In this document: positions 31,035 to 40,101 of the stretch, piece by piece
Layout of the letters: each line of letters opens with the position of its first letter
Position numbering within the stretch: the stretch's first letter is position 1
Source: an uncultured Verrucomicrobia subdivision 3 bacterium
GTDB taxonomy: Bacteria > Verrucomicrobiota > Verrucomicrobiia > Limisphaerales > UBA11358
Reading direction: 5' to 3'
DNA length: 64,000 nucleotides
Assembly (NCBI GenBank): GCA_903865745.1
Contig: CAIPKV010000001.1
Span: forward strand, 41,992-105,991
Made by a program: the position numbers and the translations under genes
The notes under the pieces: model-generated
The model's input: only the letters and a program-made list of their open reading frames with translations
Told to the model about the DNA's origin: nothing
Database searches by the model: none

Positions 31035-32180
31035 ATGACAACAGATGCCGCAGATACAAGGCAGGACATAAAACCCGCAAAAGCAAAGCGTGACGCGCGC
31101 CTCTCGCCGGATAGCAAGTGGCGTTCTTTCCCCAAAGTCCCAAACTTGGTGCAATACGTCAACACAGGGACTTATTTTGGGCGTATTAAAATTGAGGGCA
31201 AGGTTTTTCGGGAAAGCCTCGACACGGATGTTTTCACGACGGCCAAGCTGCGCCTCGGTGACTTCATCAAAAAAAAGCGCAAGCGGGCCGCAAATCCCAT
31301 GACCAATTCATTTGCTGATGCGCGCGTTGATTACGAAGCCGAACTAGACGCCGACCATACCTTGAAGGAAATCAGCAAACTCTATCGGCACAGGTGCATC
31401 AAGGCGTTGCTAAAGTCCTGGCCGGAACTGGACAAAAAACATCCAGCAAAAATCACAGAAGAAGAATGCCGCTCATGGGCAGCAAAGTATGCCGTCAAAT
31501 ATAGCCCGCAAGTATTTAACAACACCCTTAGTACACTCCGCATTATCTTAGGACGGGCTGGTATCGGTCATGATGAAAATCCAGCTCGCAAAATTGGACG
31601 GCTAGGCGTGAAGCAAAAAGAACTGCATTTACCCGAGCAAAAGGATTTTGAAGATATCATAGAAAAAGTTGAAACCAGTGGCGCTGGCAAAGCACAGCAT
31701 TGTGCTAATTTCATCCGGTTCCTGGCTTTTTCAGGTTGCCGTCTTAATGAAGCTCGGCTAGTGAAATGGCAAGACGTGAATCTTAAAAAAATGGAAATAC
31801 GGATTCATAACAGCAAGAGCGCCAAAGCCACCAACAAGCCAGACTTCCGCTTCGTACCGATTATTCCCCCGATGCGAGTATTGATTGAAAAACTGACGCC
31901 GTCAAAAACGTCGCCTGATTCCCCGGTTTGTGCAGTGGGTGAATGCGAAAAATCTTTGACCCGCGCTTGCCGGATGCTTGGCATCCCTCGCATAACGCAC
32001 CATGATTTGCGTCACCTATTTGCCACCCGCTGCATTGAGTCTGGCGTGGACATTCCGACCGTTTCCCGTTGGTTGGGACACAGCGACGGCGGCGCACTGG
32101 CGATGAAAACTTACGGCCATTTGCGCCGCGAGCATTCGGCTGCGATGGCGCAAAAAGTAACATTTAATCTAACTAAATAA
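31035..32180 (+). CDS. Tyrosine recombinase / phage-type integrase
   Basis: C-terminal catalytic region FLAFSGCRLNEAR...ITHHDLRHLFATRCIESGVDIPTVSRWLGHSDGGALAMKTYGHL (R..HxxR..Y). The tracked ORF (30846) overlaps the tRNA; the ATG at 31035 (MTTDAAD) is the plausible start. Confidence 0.9.
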   Translation: MTTDAADTRQDIKPAKAKRDARLSPDSKWRSFPKVPNLVQYVNTGTYFGRIKIEGKVFRESLDTDVFTTAKLRLGDFIKKKRKRAANPMTNSFADARVDYEAELDADHTLKEISKLYRHRCIKALLKSWPELDKKHPAKITEEECRSWAAKYAVKYSPQVFNNTLSTLRIILGRAGIGHDENPARKIGRLGVKQKELHLPEQKDFEDIIEKVETSGAGKAQHCANFIRFLAFSGCRLNEARLVKWQDVNLKKMEIRIHNSKSAKATNKPDFRFVPIIPPMRVLIEKLTPSKTSPDSPVCAVGECEKSLTRACRMLGIPRITHHDLRHLFATRCIESGVDIPTVSRWLGHSDGGALAMKTYGHLRREHSAAMAQKVTFNLTK

Positions 32181-32236
32181 CGGAAGATCGATTCTGGCGA
32201 CTGTGCCTAGTCATTAACAAATTCAAAACTTTAGAC

Positions 32237-33382
32237 ATGGGGTTCAAAAATCACCTCTTGCCCCTAACCTGTTTGCTTGCCGATGGTGGTCGTCATGTCC
32301 ACCATGGACTCGTGAAGCAGAAACCCCGGCACCAGAAGACGGCGCGGCAGCAGGCCGCCATAATGTCACTCACGCCGGCAATCGTACGGAACGCCCGGGA
32401 AGTTGTTTTAATCTACGATCGGATTGATTGGCAACGGGCGGATCAGACTCAGTGTGATACGGTCCACATTTATTTTCAGTCCGTAGAATCCCTGCCAGCA
32501 GCACACCTTATCTGGTTGGAAATAGCCGCTGGCATGCCCGCCCAGCGGACGGTCATCTTTGGGAAGATAAAACAAGCATTCAAAAAAATTGGCTTTCCGC
32601 CGCCGCGCGGCAAGATGAGTGATGCGGACCCCGTGCAGTTATCCGCTAGAAACGTCACAGATATTTTGGACGAACTCACTGCAAATCAAAATCCGAACCT
32701 GTTCGCCAAACTCTGCATTCAAGCATCTTTGCTACATCACCGCCTCGACGCCGAGGCCAGACAAACAACACGGAACCCAGCCAGAAAAGCGGGTGGGAAA
32801 ACCCTGCAACCCCCGCTGGCAGTCGCCCCCCCCAGCTGGCTCGGTCCCGTGGCGGATCTGTGGATCAGCGTACCGCTTCGGCTGGCACTGGCGGAACCAA
32901 TTGTCGGCCTTTGCCGCCGCATCACCGAGATCAACACCGGTGAAAATACACTACAGCTTAAAACCAGTGAGGAGCAGGCACTACAACAACACCATAGATT
33001 TTTCATAGAATGCCAGCCGGAATCCTACCGTGTCCCGATTGACGATCCGTTCGGTGCCGAATTGCAGGTGGTTCTGGACGCCTTCATTCCGGCGCTACGA
33101 CTGTTCACCAACGACTGGAGCAACCAGGTAAATGCAACCGGGCTCACGACTGCGGCAACTGATTTAACCGAATCCGCCTTACCGAAAACCCAGCGTAAGG
33201 CAGACGAATGTACAAAGCCAGAATCAGGGGAAAAGGCCGTTAAACTCAAGGATGCTGCGCAGATGCTCGGGGTATGCGAAAACACCGTCCGCCGACTGAT
33301 TGACCGTAATAAACTCCGCCGCGTCCACGGACTCAGGCATGTGTTAATTCCCGTCAGCGAGATTGATCGGTTTCTTTCATGA
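32237..33382 (+). CDS. Hypothetical island protein with a C-terminal excisionase/MerR-type HTH
   Basis: C-terminus VKLKDAAQMLGVCENTVRRLIDRNKLRRVHGLRHVLIPVSEIDRFL. The rest is unrecognised. An alternative start lies at 32363 (MSLTPAIV). Confidence 0.6.
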   Translation: MGFKNHLLPLTCLLADGGRHVHHGLVKQKPRHQKTARQQAAIMSLTPAIVRNAREVVLIYDRIDWQRADQTQCDTVHIYFQSVESLPAAHLIWLEIAAGMPAQRTVIFGKIKQAFKKIGFPPPRGKMSDADPVQLSARNVTDILDELTANQNPNLFAKLCIQASLLHHRLDAEARQTTRNPARKAGGKTLQPPLAVAPPSWLGPVADLWISVPLRLALAEPIVGLCRRITEINTGENTLQLKTSEEQALQQHHRFFIECQPESYRVPIDDPFGAELQVVLDAFIPALRLFTNDWSNQVNATGLTTAATDLTESALPKTQRKADECTKPESGEKAVKLKDAAQMLGVCENTVRRLIDRNKLRRVHGLRHVLIPVSEIDRFLS

Positions 33383-33586
33383 TTTTTCTACAAACAAGGA
33401 TCAGGACATTCATTCGTTTCAATACAACATTTAATCTGCTCGGATTCCGAGGTTCTTATTTCGGACTAACACGGCGATCATTTTTTGAACTTTAAACCAT
33501 TCAAGTTTTGGCCATAAGTTATACAAGCTTACTGCTACAGATAATAAATTATTGAGGCTTCTCCCTCTTTTTGGCTGAATGTCTGC

Positions 33587-35242
33587 ATGCCGCAGTACAA
33601 TGAGCCACCCGGTTCAGACCACATTCGGAACCTCAGCCTGAATGACAAAATAATCTCAATAGCAAAGGAAGCCAATCGGCGGCACGATGACGCAATGGCC
33701 TGTTTCAAGGACCCTCTTGAGCCGAAAGATATCATCAGCTTTAAATTTCAAGGCGTAGAACAGGCGGCACTGACCGAACACTTACTTTGTGAAATGTATG
33801 CAAAGCTGCTGCCTTCTAAGCTATACGAGATAAATAATTTTTATAAGATTACCCTAGAGAGCACGGTGAAGATGTCCCTGTTAGTTATAGATTACATTGA
33901 AAAAAACTTTAATGACAGGTGTAAAGAACATACGTCCGTTGCAAACATCGAATGTTTTCGCCAAGAATTAAATGAGAAAATGCAACGAGCGGAGAAATTG
34001 CTGATTGATTTCTGGGTGAATACGGCGGTGATTTGGGGAGAACTAAACAAGATTCATTTTGCCGTATTTAACTTGATGGAAAAAACCACCTCGCTGGTCA
34101 CATTGTGTGGTTTTCGTCGAGAAATTATTCCGCAGATTAAAAACTCCCGCCTCCATCCCTCTGTAATAGATTATGTAGCCCACGATCGACTAAAGGCTGA
34201 AACATCGGTGATGGATACATTCAACCAAGTTTACGACAAATATTTTTCAGACAAAATATTACCATGTAGCCCTGTAGTCCGGGGCGAATGCATTGTCAGT
34301 GTTTCGTTCGACTTCCTATTTAACGGATGGTTGAGCGGCTTTTGCAAACGAGCTGCAGGTTTGCTTGATACCTCGTGCCGATATTCGGTAACGGTGGATG
34401 AATTGGATATGCTTTCTAGATGCAACGAATTATTGAATAAGCAAAGCAACCTAGATCGCAATTTACATACGTTGTTTCAAGTTGACTGCAGTCATCCTGC
34501 TATTGCTCATTTCACAAAACTCGTTAGAGATTTTTTCTTGGCGCAGGCGGATTTTTGCAACCAAATGCACGGGTTAATAAACTGTAGCTTTGTTGAAATT
34601 ATGCCCCCTCAGACAAAAACCACCGTACATGTCGAAAAAATTTTGTCAGGCCTTGTATCTATCCAAAATGAGGTTGTCGCTAGCCGGGCGGAAAATCTAG
34701 TAGGCTTTAAAAGCGTCGGAACCGATTTGGAGGCAGTCGCCGCGGGCAACTTTAAGCTAAGGGTTGAGAATGATGAATTACGCCGACTGGCGGCAAACGG
34801 ATTCTTAAATTTTGTCCGATCCGTTGACCCTGAAGATTTCTGTTCATTTGCCTTTATTTTAGCGTACGGCGACCGAGCCAAGGCGGCACAAGTATTGGAG
34901 ACGTCGCCACGACGGTTTTATGAACAAATAGCATCTTGGAAGAACCGTGGCCCGGCTTACAAGCAGATGTATGCCTGGGTGCAGCGCCGGAAAACGTCCA
35001 TGCAGAAGGGGACAGTGCCATTGGGTGACCAATTGCAAATGGGTGGAGTGCATGACGAAGGCGAAAACCCGAAAACAATAAGTGCGGTTCTTGATCAAAT
35101 CGAATCTGGAAATCTGGATCAGCGGGACTACCCAGAAATTCTGCAGGGAATTCTAAAGGTTCTTGCAGACATGAACCCCGGCAACTGGCAGGTGATTAGA
35201 AAAGAGGTCATGGAGGGCATCCGAGAAGAAATTGCGCAATAA
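33587..35242 (+). CDS. Orphan 551-aa protein with a Fis-type HTH near the C-terminus
   Basis: A long clean ORF in an AT-rich segment. YGDRAKAAQVLETSPRRFYEQIASW resembles the Fis/NtrC-type HTH (GNxxxAAxxLGxSRxTLYxK). It has its own terminator. Confidence 0.6.
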   Translation: MPQYNEPPGSDHIRNLSLNDKIISIAKEANRRHDDAMACFKDPLEPKDIISFKFQGVEQAALTEHLLCEMYAKLLPSKLYEINNFYKITLESTVKMSLLVIDYIEKNFNDRCKEHTSVANIECFRQELNEKMQRAEKLLIDFWVNTAVIWGELNKIHFAVFNLMEKTTSLVTLCGFRREIIPQIKNSRLHPSVIDYVAHDRLKAETSVMDTFNQVYDKYFSDKILPCSPVVRGECIVSVSFDFLFNGWLSGFCKRAAGLLDTSCRYSVTVDELDMLSRCNELLNKQSNLDRNLHTLFQVDCSHPAIAHFTKLVRDFFLAQADFCNQMHGLINCSFVEIMPPQTKTTVHVEKILSGLVSIQNEVVASRAENLVGFKSVGTDLEAVAAGNFKLRVENDELRRLAANGFLNFVRSVDPEDFCSFAFILAYGDRAKAAQVLETSPRRFYEQIASWKNRGPAYKQMYAWVQRRKTSMQKGTVPLGDQLQMGGVHDEGENPKTISAVLDQIESGNLDQRDYPEILQGILKVLADMNPGNWQVIRKEVMEGIREEIAQ

Positions 35243-35282
35243 TTTCGCAATCAAATAGTTTCTTGCATTTCGTTCAGTCACA

Positions 35283-35313
35283 AGGGTTAGCATCATGCTA
35301 ACCCTCTTTTTTT
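35283..35313 (+). terminator. Rho-independent terminator
   Basis: AGGGTTAGCA-TCA-TGCTAACCCT followed by CTTTTTTTG. Confidence 0.8.
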
Positions 35314-35385
35314 GCCTGCATTTCGCAAAAACCTTCACCTACGAACCGAGGCGAATGTTTCGCTACGGCAACAAATAAACTGAAC

Positions 35386-35694
35386 ATGAAAACTAAAACA
35401 GACAAAAACACCACCCTGGCCGCCACCGGCGGTAACGGAACACCAACAACAACCGCCACCGGGTCGGCAGCCGACATCTGCCCGCCGATACGTGCCACAG
35501 GAATTGAATCGGGCGCCGAGACGTACATCAAGAAAGGTGAAGTCGCCCGGCGACTCCAGAAAACCGTGCGCACCGTCGAGAACCTCATGCGCCGGGGAAT
35601 CATACCCTATTACAAAATCGGGCGCAGCGTGGACTTCAAATGGTCGGACATCGAGTCCCAGCTGGCCCTGACCTGCCGGGTGTGCCGGAAATGA
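35386..35694 (+). CDS. Excisionase-family HTH DNA-binding protein
   Basis: YIKKGEVARRLQKTVRTVENLMRRGIIPYYKIGRSVDFKWSDIE. Confidence 0.7.
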   Translation: MKTKTDKNTTLAATGGNGTPTTTATGSAADICPPIRATGIESGAETYIKKGEVARRLQKTVRTVENLMRRGIIPYYKIGRSVDFKWSDIESQLALTCRVCRK

Positions 35695-35743
35695 AATTCA
35701 CACCACCCTGAACACGAACCAAACAAATCGAACCATCACTATT

Positions 35744-37411
35744 ATGGCAATGAAAGTCCCACAGCCCAGAAATGTGCCGCCCGGTGTTCTGGAGGCACAG
35801 AATGCGGCCGAGACGATCGAGCGCGAACTGATCTTCGGCATGGCGAAGTTTTATCACTTCTACCGCGACCTGCGGGAGACGATCTGTCCCTACGATCCGC
35901 AGACCACGTTGTATCGTTCCGACTTCAGCGTTGATCACTACAACATCCTGTACAAGGCGCTGGACATCTACTATCGCCGGTTCGACCAAAAAAAGGACGT
36001 GCCAGAAGATCTCGGCATTCCAATCGCCCAGCTGGCCACACACATCGCCGACTGGATCAAAAAGGGCAGTATTCCGGCGGACATGGGGGACAACTTGTTG
36101 ACTGAAATTAAGCAGAGCGCTGAAACAACTGGGGCGTTTACCCTCGACAGTTTGCAGGCCCTGGTTGCAGGCGAGCAGTTCCAGGCCTGGATCAAGCACC
36201 GGGTGATGCACCAGACGATGATCCAGTTGAACACCCAGAAGCAGCTCGGGCAGCTCACGATGGCGAATCTCGAGGAGGCGGTGGCTGCCGCCAAGCAATC
36301 GGTAAGCATGGCAGGCAACAACCAGTCCGATACAGCCAGGCCCATTGGGGAATTCCAAATTCCTGACGAGCACGACCAGAGTGAACTGATTGGGCCAGGC
36401 CGGTTCCTCTGCCGCGAAGGGTTCGCGACCTTGGTTGGCCCCTCGGGCATTGGCAAATCCACCCTGGCGATGCAAATGGCCATGTCCTTTGCACTGGGCA
36501 AAGAGACTTTTGGGTTCAAACCCACCAGGCCTCTTAAAATCCTCATCATCCAGGGCGAGAATGATGACGGCGACATAGCTGAGATGCGTGACGGAACGAT
36601 TGCCGGGTTGGGGCTTTCCAAGGCTGAAAGGGACACGGTTTCTGCCGGCGTGTTGTGTTGCCGGTGCAACTCGTCTACGGGCAAGAAATTCATCCAGGGC
36701 ACCGTCCGGAAGAATCTCCAGCGGTTCAAGCCGGATCTGCTGATCATCGATCCCGCCCTTTGCTACGTCGGCGGCGACGTCAAGGAGCAAAAGGTTGTGG
36801 GCGAGTTCCTCCGCACCTTCCTACAGCCCGAACTGCAGCAGGCCCAGTGCGGCTGCCTGCTGCTCCACCATACCAACAAGCCGCCCACTCAGAACCCCAG
36901 GAACGGGACAACCAACGAGGATGCCTATGCTGAGAGCGGGTCGGCCGAGTTCCGCAATGCGGCGCGGGCCGCCATCTCATTGCGATCAGTTGGCGGGCGC
37001 GTGTTTGAGTTGCGGGTGACGAAGCGTGGCGATCGGCTCGGCTGGCAAGATGAGCTTGGCCAAAGCACCACGCGGAAGTACATCCGGCATTCGACCACCC
37101 GGAACCAGCTGTTCTGGGAGCCGGCCACCGAGGCGGACGCAAAAGCGGCACGCGCGGCGGTAGAGGACAAGAAATCCGAAAGCGCAGCCGAAAAGGTTCT
37201 GAACTGTGTGCCCGGGAAAGGTGAAATCAGCCAGGCCAAGTTGTTTGCCGAAGCAAAGAGCCTTGGTGTGGCAAAAACACCCTGCCGGGATGCCATCAAG
37301 GTGTTGCTGGCTGAAGACAGCATCAAGTGCACCGAAAAAGGTCGTAAGGGAGCTCGGGCAGAGAAGTTCTACTACCAAGTAACAAGAACATCAATTCCGG
37401 GAGGAACCTGA
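35744..37411 (+). CDS. DnaB/RepA-like (RecA-fold, AAA_25-type) replicative helicase-like protein
   Basis: Walker A LVGPSGIGKSTLAMQMA, Walker B LLIIDPA, and LLLHHTNKP. The N-terminus resembles a DnaB N-terminal domain (PPGVLEAQNAAETIERELI). The C-terminus is winged-helix-like. Confidence 0.75.
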   Translation: MAMKVPQPRNVPPGVLEAQNAAETIERELIFGMAKFYHFYRDLRETICPYDPQTTLYRSDFSVDHYNILYKALDIYYRRFDQKKDVPEDLGIPIAQLATHIADWIKKGSIPADMGDNLLTEIKQSAETTGAFTLDSLQALVAGEQFQAWIKHRVMHQTMIQLNTQKQLGQLTMANLEEAVAAAKQSVSMAGNNQSDTARPIGEFQIPDEHDQSELIGPGRFLCREGFATLVGPSGIGKSTLAMQMAMSFALGKETFGFKPTRPLKILIIQGENDDGDIAEMRDGTIAGLGLSKAERDTVSAGVLCCRCNSSTGKKFIQGTVRKNLQRFKPDLLIIDPALCYVGGDVKEQKVVGEFLRTFLQPELQQAQCGCLLLHHTNKPPTQNPRNGTTNEDAYAESGSAEFRNAARAAISLRSVGGRVFELRVTKRGDRLGWQDELGQSTTRKYIRHSTTRNQLFWEPATEADAKAARAAVEDKKSESAAEKVLNCVPGKGEISQAKLFAEAKSLGVAKTPCRDAIKVLLAEDSIKCTEKGRKGARAEKFYYQVTRTSIPGGT

Positions 37412-37418
37412 CACGGGA

Positions 37419-37461
37419 GTAGTTGTTGTTTCTTCCCCTATAGGGAAGAAACAACAACTAC
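37419..37461. terminator. Perfect 19-bp stem-loop after the helicase gene
   Basis: GTAGTTGTTGTTTCTTCCC-CTATA-GGGAAGAAACAACAACTAC. There is no downstream U-tract on the plus strand, so terminator function is an inference. Confidence 0.5.
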
Positions 37462-37488
37462 CGGTTAAAAAAGAAAACAACTAAAACT

Positions 37489-38457
37489 ATGAAACGAACA
37501 AAAACACAATACAGCAATATAATTCCCGGTCATCGGAAATCACCGATGCCCGGGACTCCGCAACGTATCGCAGTTCAATCTGCGCCCGACCTCAATCCGA
37601 TCAATGTCCCAATTACAACCAACAATGGAATTAACCCGCAACAACTAACAAACAAACGAAAGCACAACAAAATGAAAACAGCCAAATACAGCACATCAAA
37701 CCGCCCGGCCATGACCCCGCAACAACAAATAACAGCTCAATATATGGCCTCGCTGCCACCCGAGAAGCGTGCATATTTTGAGGAAAACCTAAGAAAGATA
37801 GAGGCATTGCGGGCCGAGTATCTGCGTAAGGGCGAATATCGCCAGTATATATACTCATTCGGCTCGGAAGACAGCTTCCAGCCGTTCATCAATCTCATTC
37901 CGCAGCTGTCGGACAAACAATTCTGGAGCCTGCTCCGGGACGTTTGGATGCATATGGAAGAGGTTATGCCCCAGCTCCAGACCTGGCTGGGCTGGTTCCG
38001 GTCAAAACGGCCAGGGCGTGAGCATCTGATGACCGATGATGAGCGTGCCGGGCTGGCCGCCATGCCGAAGGCCATCAAGATCTGGCGTGGCTGTGGCCAC
38101 GGATCCGCCGCACGCGGCATGTCCTGGACAACGGACACCGAACGCGCCGAGTTTTTCGCGGATTACTCATGCAGCGGCAGACGGTATTTTCTAACAGGAC
38201 AAACCGGCACGACCCCAACGGTGGTGGAAGCCACTTGCCGCAAGGCCGACGTGCTTGCCTTTATCGGGGAACGGCAGGAATCAGAAATCGTCGTGGATCC
38301 GAAACACGTGACGGTTCTACGAACGCGCCCTGCATCCGAGAAACCAAAGGTTGTCATTGATCCGAAGGCCGTAGCGCAATGGAAGGCATACATGGAAGCA
38401 AACGAAGTGGATTACATGGCGGGCATACCTTCGGTGGCCATATCCGTTCAGAAATAA
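37489..38457 (+). CDS. Hypothetical island protein; the C-terminal half has an R / S-T-T / E-x-E pattern (possible ADP-ribosyltransferase fold)
   Basis: IKIWRGCGHG...GMSWTTDTERAEFFA...AFIGERQESEIVVDP. The N-terminal ~80 aa are low-complexity, so the true start may be downstream. Confidence 0.6.
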   Translation: MKRTKTQYSNIIPGHRKSPMPGTPQRIAVQSAPDLNPINVPITTNNGINPQQLTNKRKHNKMKTAKYSTSNRPAMTPQQQITAQYMASLPPEKRAYFEENLRKIEALRAEYLRKGEYRQYIYSFGSEDSFQPFINLIPQLSDKQFWSLLRDVWMHMEEVMPQLQTWLGWFRSKRPGREHLMTDDERAGLAAMPKAIKIWRGCGHGSAARGMSWTTDTERAEFFADYSCSGRRYFLTGQTGTTPTVVEATCRKADVLAFIGERQESEIVVDPKHVTVLRTRPASEKPKVVIDPKAVAQWKAYMEANEVDYMAGIPSVAISVQK

Positions 38458-38484
38458 CATCTACCAAACAAAAAAACGAAAACT

Positions 38485-38802
38485 ATGAAAAACACAGTGG
38501 TGCTATCCAACGATCAACTCGACCATGGGTTGCGAGCTATGGCCAGCACCGGCCAGGATTCGCCGACCGCTGGCATGGGCATTCGTTCATTGCCACAAGC
38601 GGGCAGTATTAATGTGAATTTGCAGTGTTTGAAACCTGTCAAATATTATTTTGCAAAAAGATGTTTCGCCTGCCTTCGGAGCATAGGGCAGCAGCTTCGG
38701 GAACCTTCGGTAATCTTCGTGATACTAATTGACCAACCTCTAATCACAGTAAAAACAGGTGCTACATTGCGCCGTCGTCAAGAGTTATGTCTAAGCAGTT
38801 AA
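38485..38802 (+). CDS. Possible small hypothetical protein
   Basis: It shares an A-rich start context (AAAACGAAAACTATGAAA) with the gene at 37489 (AAAACAACTAAAACTATGAAA). There is no family, and the C-terminal half looks non-coding. Confidence 0.25.
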   Translation: MKNTVVLSNDQLDHGLRAMASTGQDSPTAGMGIRSLPQAGSINVNLQCLKPVKYYFAKRCFACLRSIGQQLREPSVIFVILIDQPLITVKTGATLRRRQELCLSS

Positions 38803-38860
38803 AGCAGCATTTGTCTGCCGGACACAAGCAACGATGAGCAATTGACGTAGTTAACATACA

Positions 38861-39061
38861 ATGAAACAGACCGAAATACAGTGGTGCCATTCGACTATCA
38901 ACCCCGTGATGGGTTGTGATGGGTGTGAGCTATGGTCACCCCCGGGCAAGATCAAGGTTGTTATGATCGCCACCATCCAAAGCCTGCAACAGGCACAACC
39001 AGAGTCCGAGACATGTACATCTCAGATTCCGGACAAACACAGCCAAACCTCAACCCAATAA
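38861..39061 (+). CDS. N-terminal fragment of a DUF5131 (phage Gp37/Gp68) protein
   Basis: MKQTEIQWCHSTINPVMGCDGCELW matches the family N-terminus (IEWTDxTWNPxxGC). It ends at TAA 39059-39061, in the same frame as the next ORF. Confidence 0.5.
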   Translation: MKQTEIQWCHSTINPVMGCDGCELWSPPGKIKVVMIATIQSLQQAQPESETCTSQIPDKHSQTSTQ

Positions 39062-39076
39062 ACATAAGAACATCGA

Positions 39077-40033
39077 TTGAAATATATGATTAACACAAAT
39101 AAATCAAAGCCCTGCAGTTCGCCACAAGCAGACCCTCGGAAGATCGTGTTAGATGCGGTTGGCGACCTCGAAACATCCGACATCTATAGGAATCGCAAGG
39201 CCATCGCCGCCGAAATAACGGAAAAGCTTGGCCTCACAAAACGATCTGCAAATGTTCTGGTAGACATCATCCGCAGCGAGTGCAAATGCTACGCCGGACT
39301 GCTCGGCACGAACCGTGCCGGCCACAAGGGCTACGCAGATGCATTCGTGGAACCAAAGTTGTTCCCCGGTCGCATGGCTACGGCGGCACTCTGGGGACCA
39401 CCGAGCGAAGCTGAACACGAGGCCAAGCCGTGGCTTGCAGGTGCTCCGAGGATGATCTTCGTCTCGGACATGGGCGATGCCCTCTCCGCCAGTGTGGACT
39501 TCAGCTACTTGCGACAGGAAATCATTGACGTGGTGGCCTCTGAGGCCGGCACCAAGCACGTATGGTTGTGGCTGACTAAACGTCCGTCTCGGATGGTCGA
39601 GTTCGGTCGCTGGCTGTTGAAACAAGGAATCAGGTGGCCTGACAACCTGGTGGCGATGACGACCGTCACGTCGCAGGCCACATCTGGCCGGGTGGCGGAG
39701 TTGCGGAAGGTGCCCAGCAAATTCAAGGGGTTGTCTATCGAACCGCTGTTCACCGAGTTGAATCTGGATCTGACCGGTATCGACTGGTGCATCGTCGGCG
39801 GTGGCAGCGATACGCTCGCCGAGCCATTCCATGTGGAATGGGCGCTGGGTCTGCGGGAGCAATGCCGGAAGGCTGGTACGGCGTTCTTCCTGAAGCAACT
39901 CGGGAAGAACCCTATGTTCAATGGCAAACCATTGCCGTTAGTCAACCGGCATGGCGGCGACTGGAGCGAATGGGATAAGTCCTGGCGCACCCGGGAGATT
40001 CCGGCGGGGTTCCGGACGCTGATCAGCAAGTAG
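39077..40033 (+). CDS. DUF5131 (phage Gp37/Gp68) family protein, main body
   Basis: CKCYAG...PRMIFVSDMGDAL...HVWLWLTKRP...IEPL...IDWCIVGGGSD...PFHVEWALGLREQCRKAGTAFFLKQLG. TTG start at 39077 or ATG at 39086. Confidence 0.8.
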   Translation: MKYMINTNKSKPCSSPQADPRKIVLDAVGDLETSDIYRNRKAIAAEITEKLGLTKRSANVLVDIIRSECKCYAGLLGTNRAGHKGYADAFVEPKLFPGRMATAALWGPPSEAEHEAKPWLAGAPRMIFVSDMGDALSASVDFSYLRQEIIDVVASEAGTKHVWLWLTKRPSRMVEFGRWLLKQGIRWPDNLVAMTTVTSQATSGRVAELRKVPSKFKGLSIEPLFTELNLDLTGIDWCIVGGGSDTLAEPFHVEWALGLREQCRKAGTAFFLKQLGKNPMFNGKPLPLVNRHGGDWSEWDKSWRTREIPAGFRTLISK

Positions 40034-40039
40034 TTAAAT

Positions 40040-40093
40040 GCGGGAGGGCAGGCCATGGGTCTGAGAAAATCTCAACCCACCCTGCCCTCCCGC
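40040..40093 (+). repeat. Conserved long stem-loop, copy 1 (intercistronic, terminator-like)
   Basis: GCGGGAGGGCAGGCCATGGGTCTGAGAAAATCTCAACCCACCCTGCCCTCCCGC. The flanks are also shared with copy 2 (AAGTAGT upstream, ACTCATT downstream). Confidence 0.7.
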
Positions 40094-40101
40094 CACTCAT
40101 T

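Noticed and set aside
35636-36790. 384-aa minus-strand ORF, plus the 258-aa ORF 35971..36747
   Set aside because: Both are antisense to the helicase gene, which has Walker A and B motifs.
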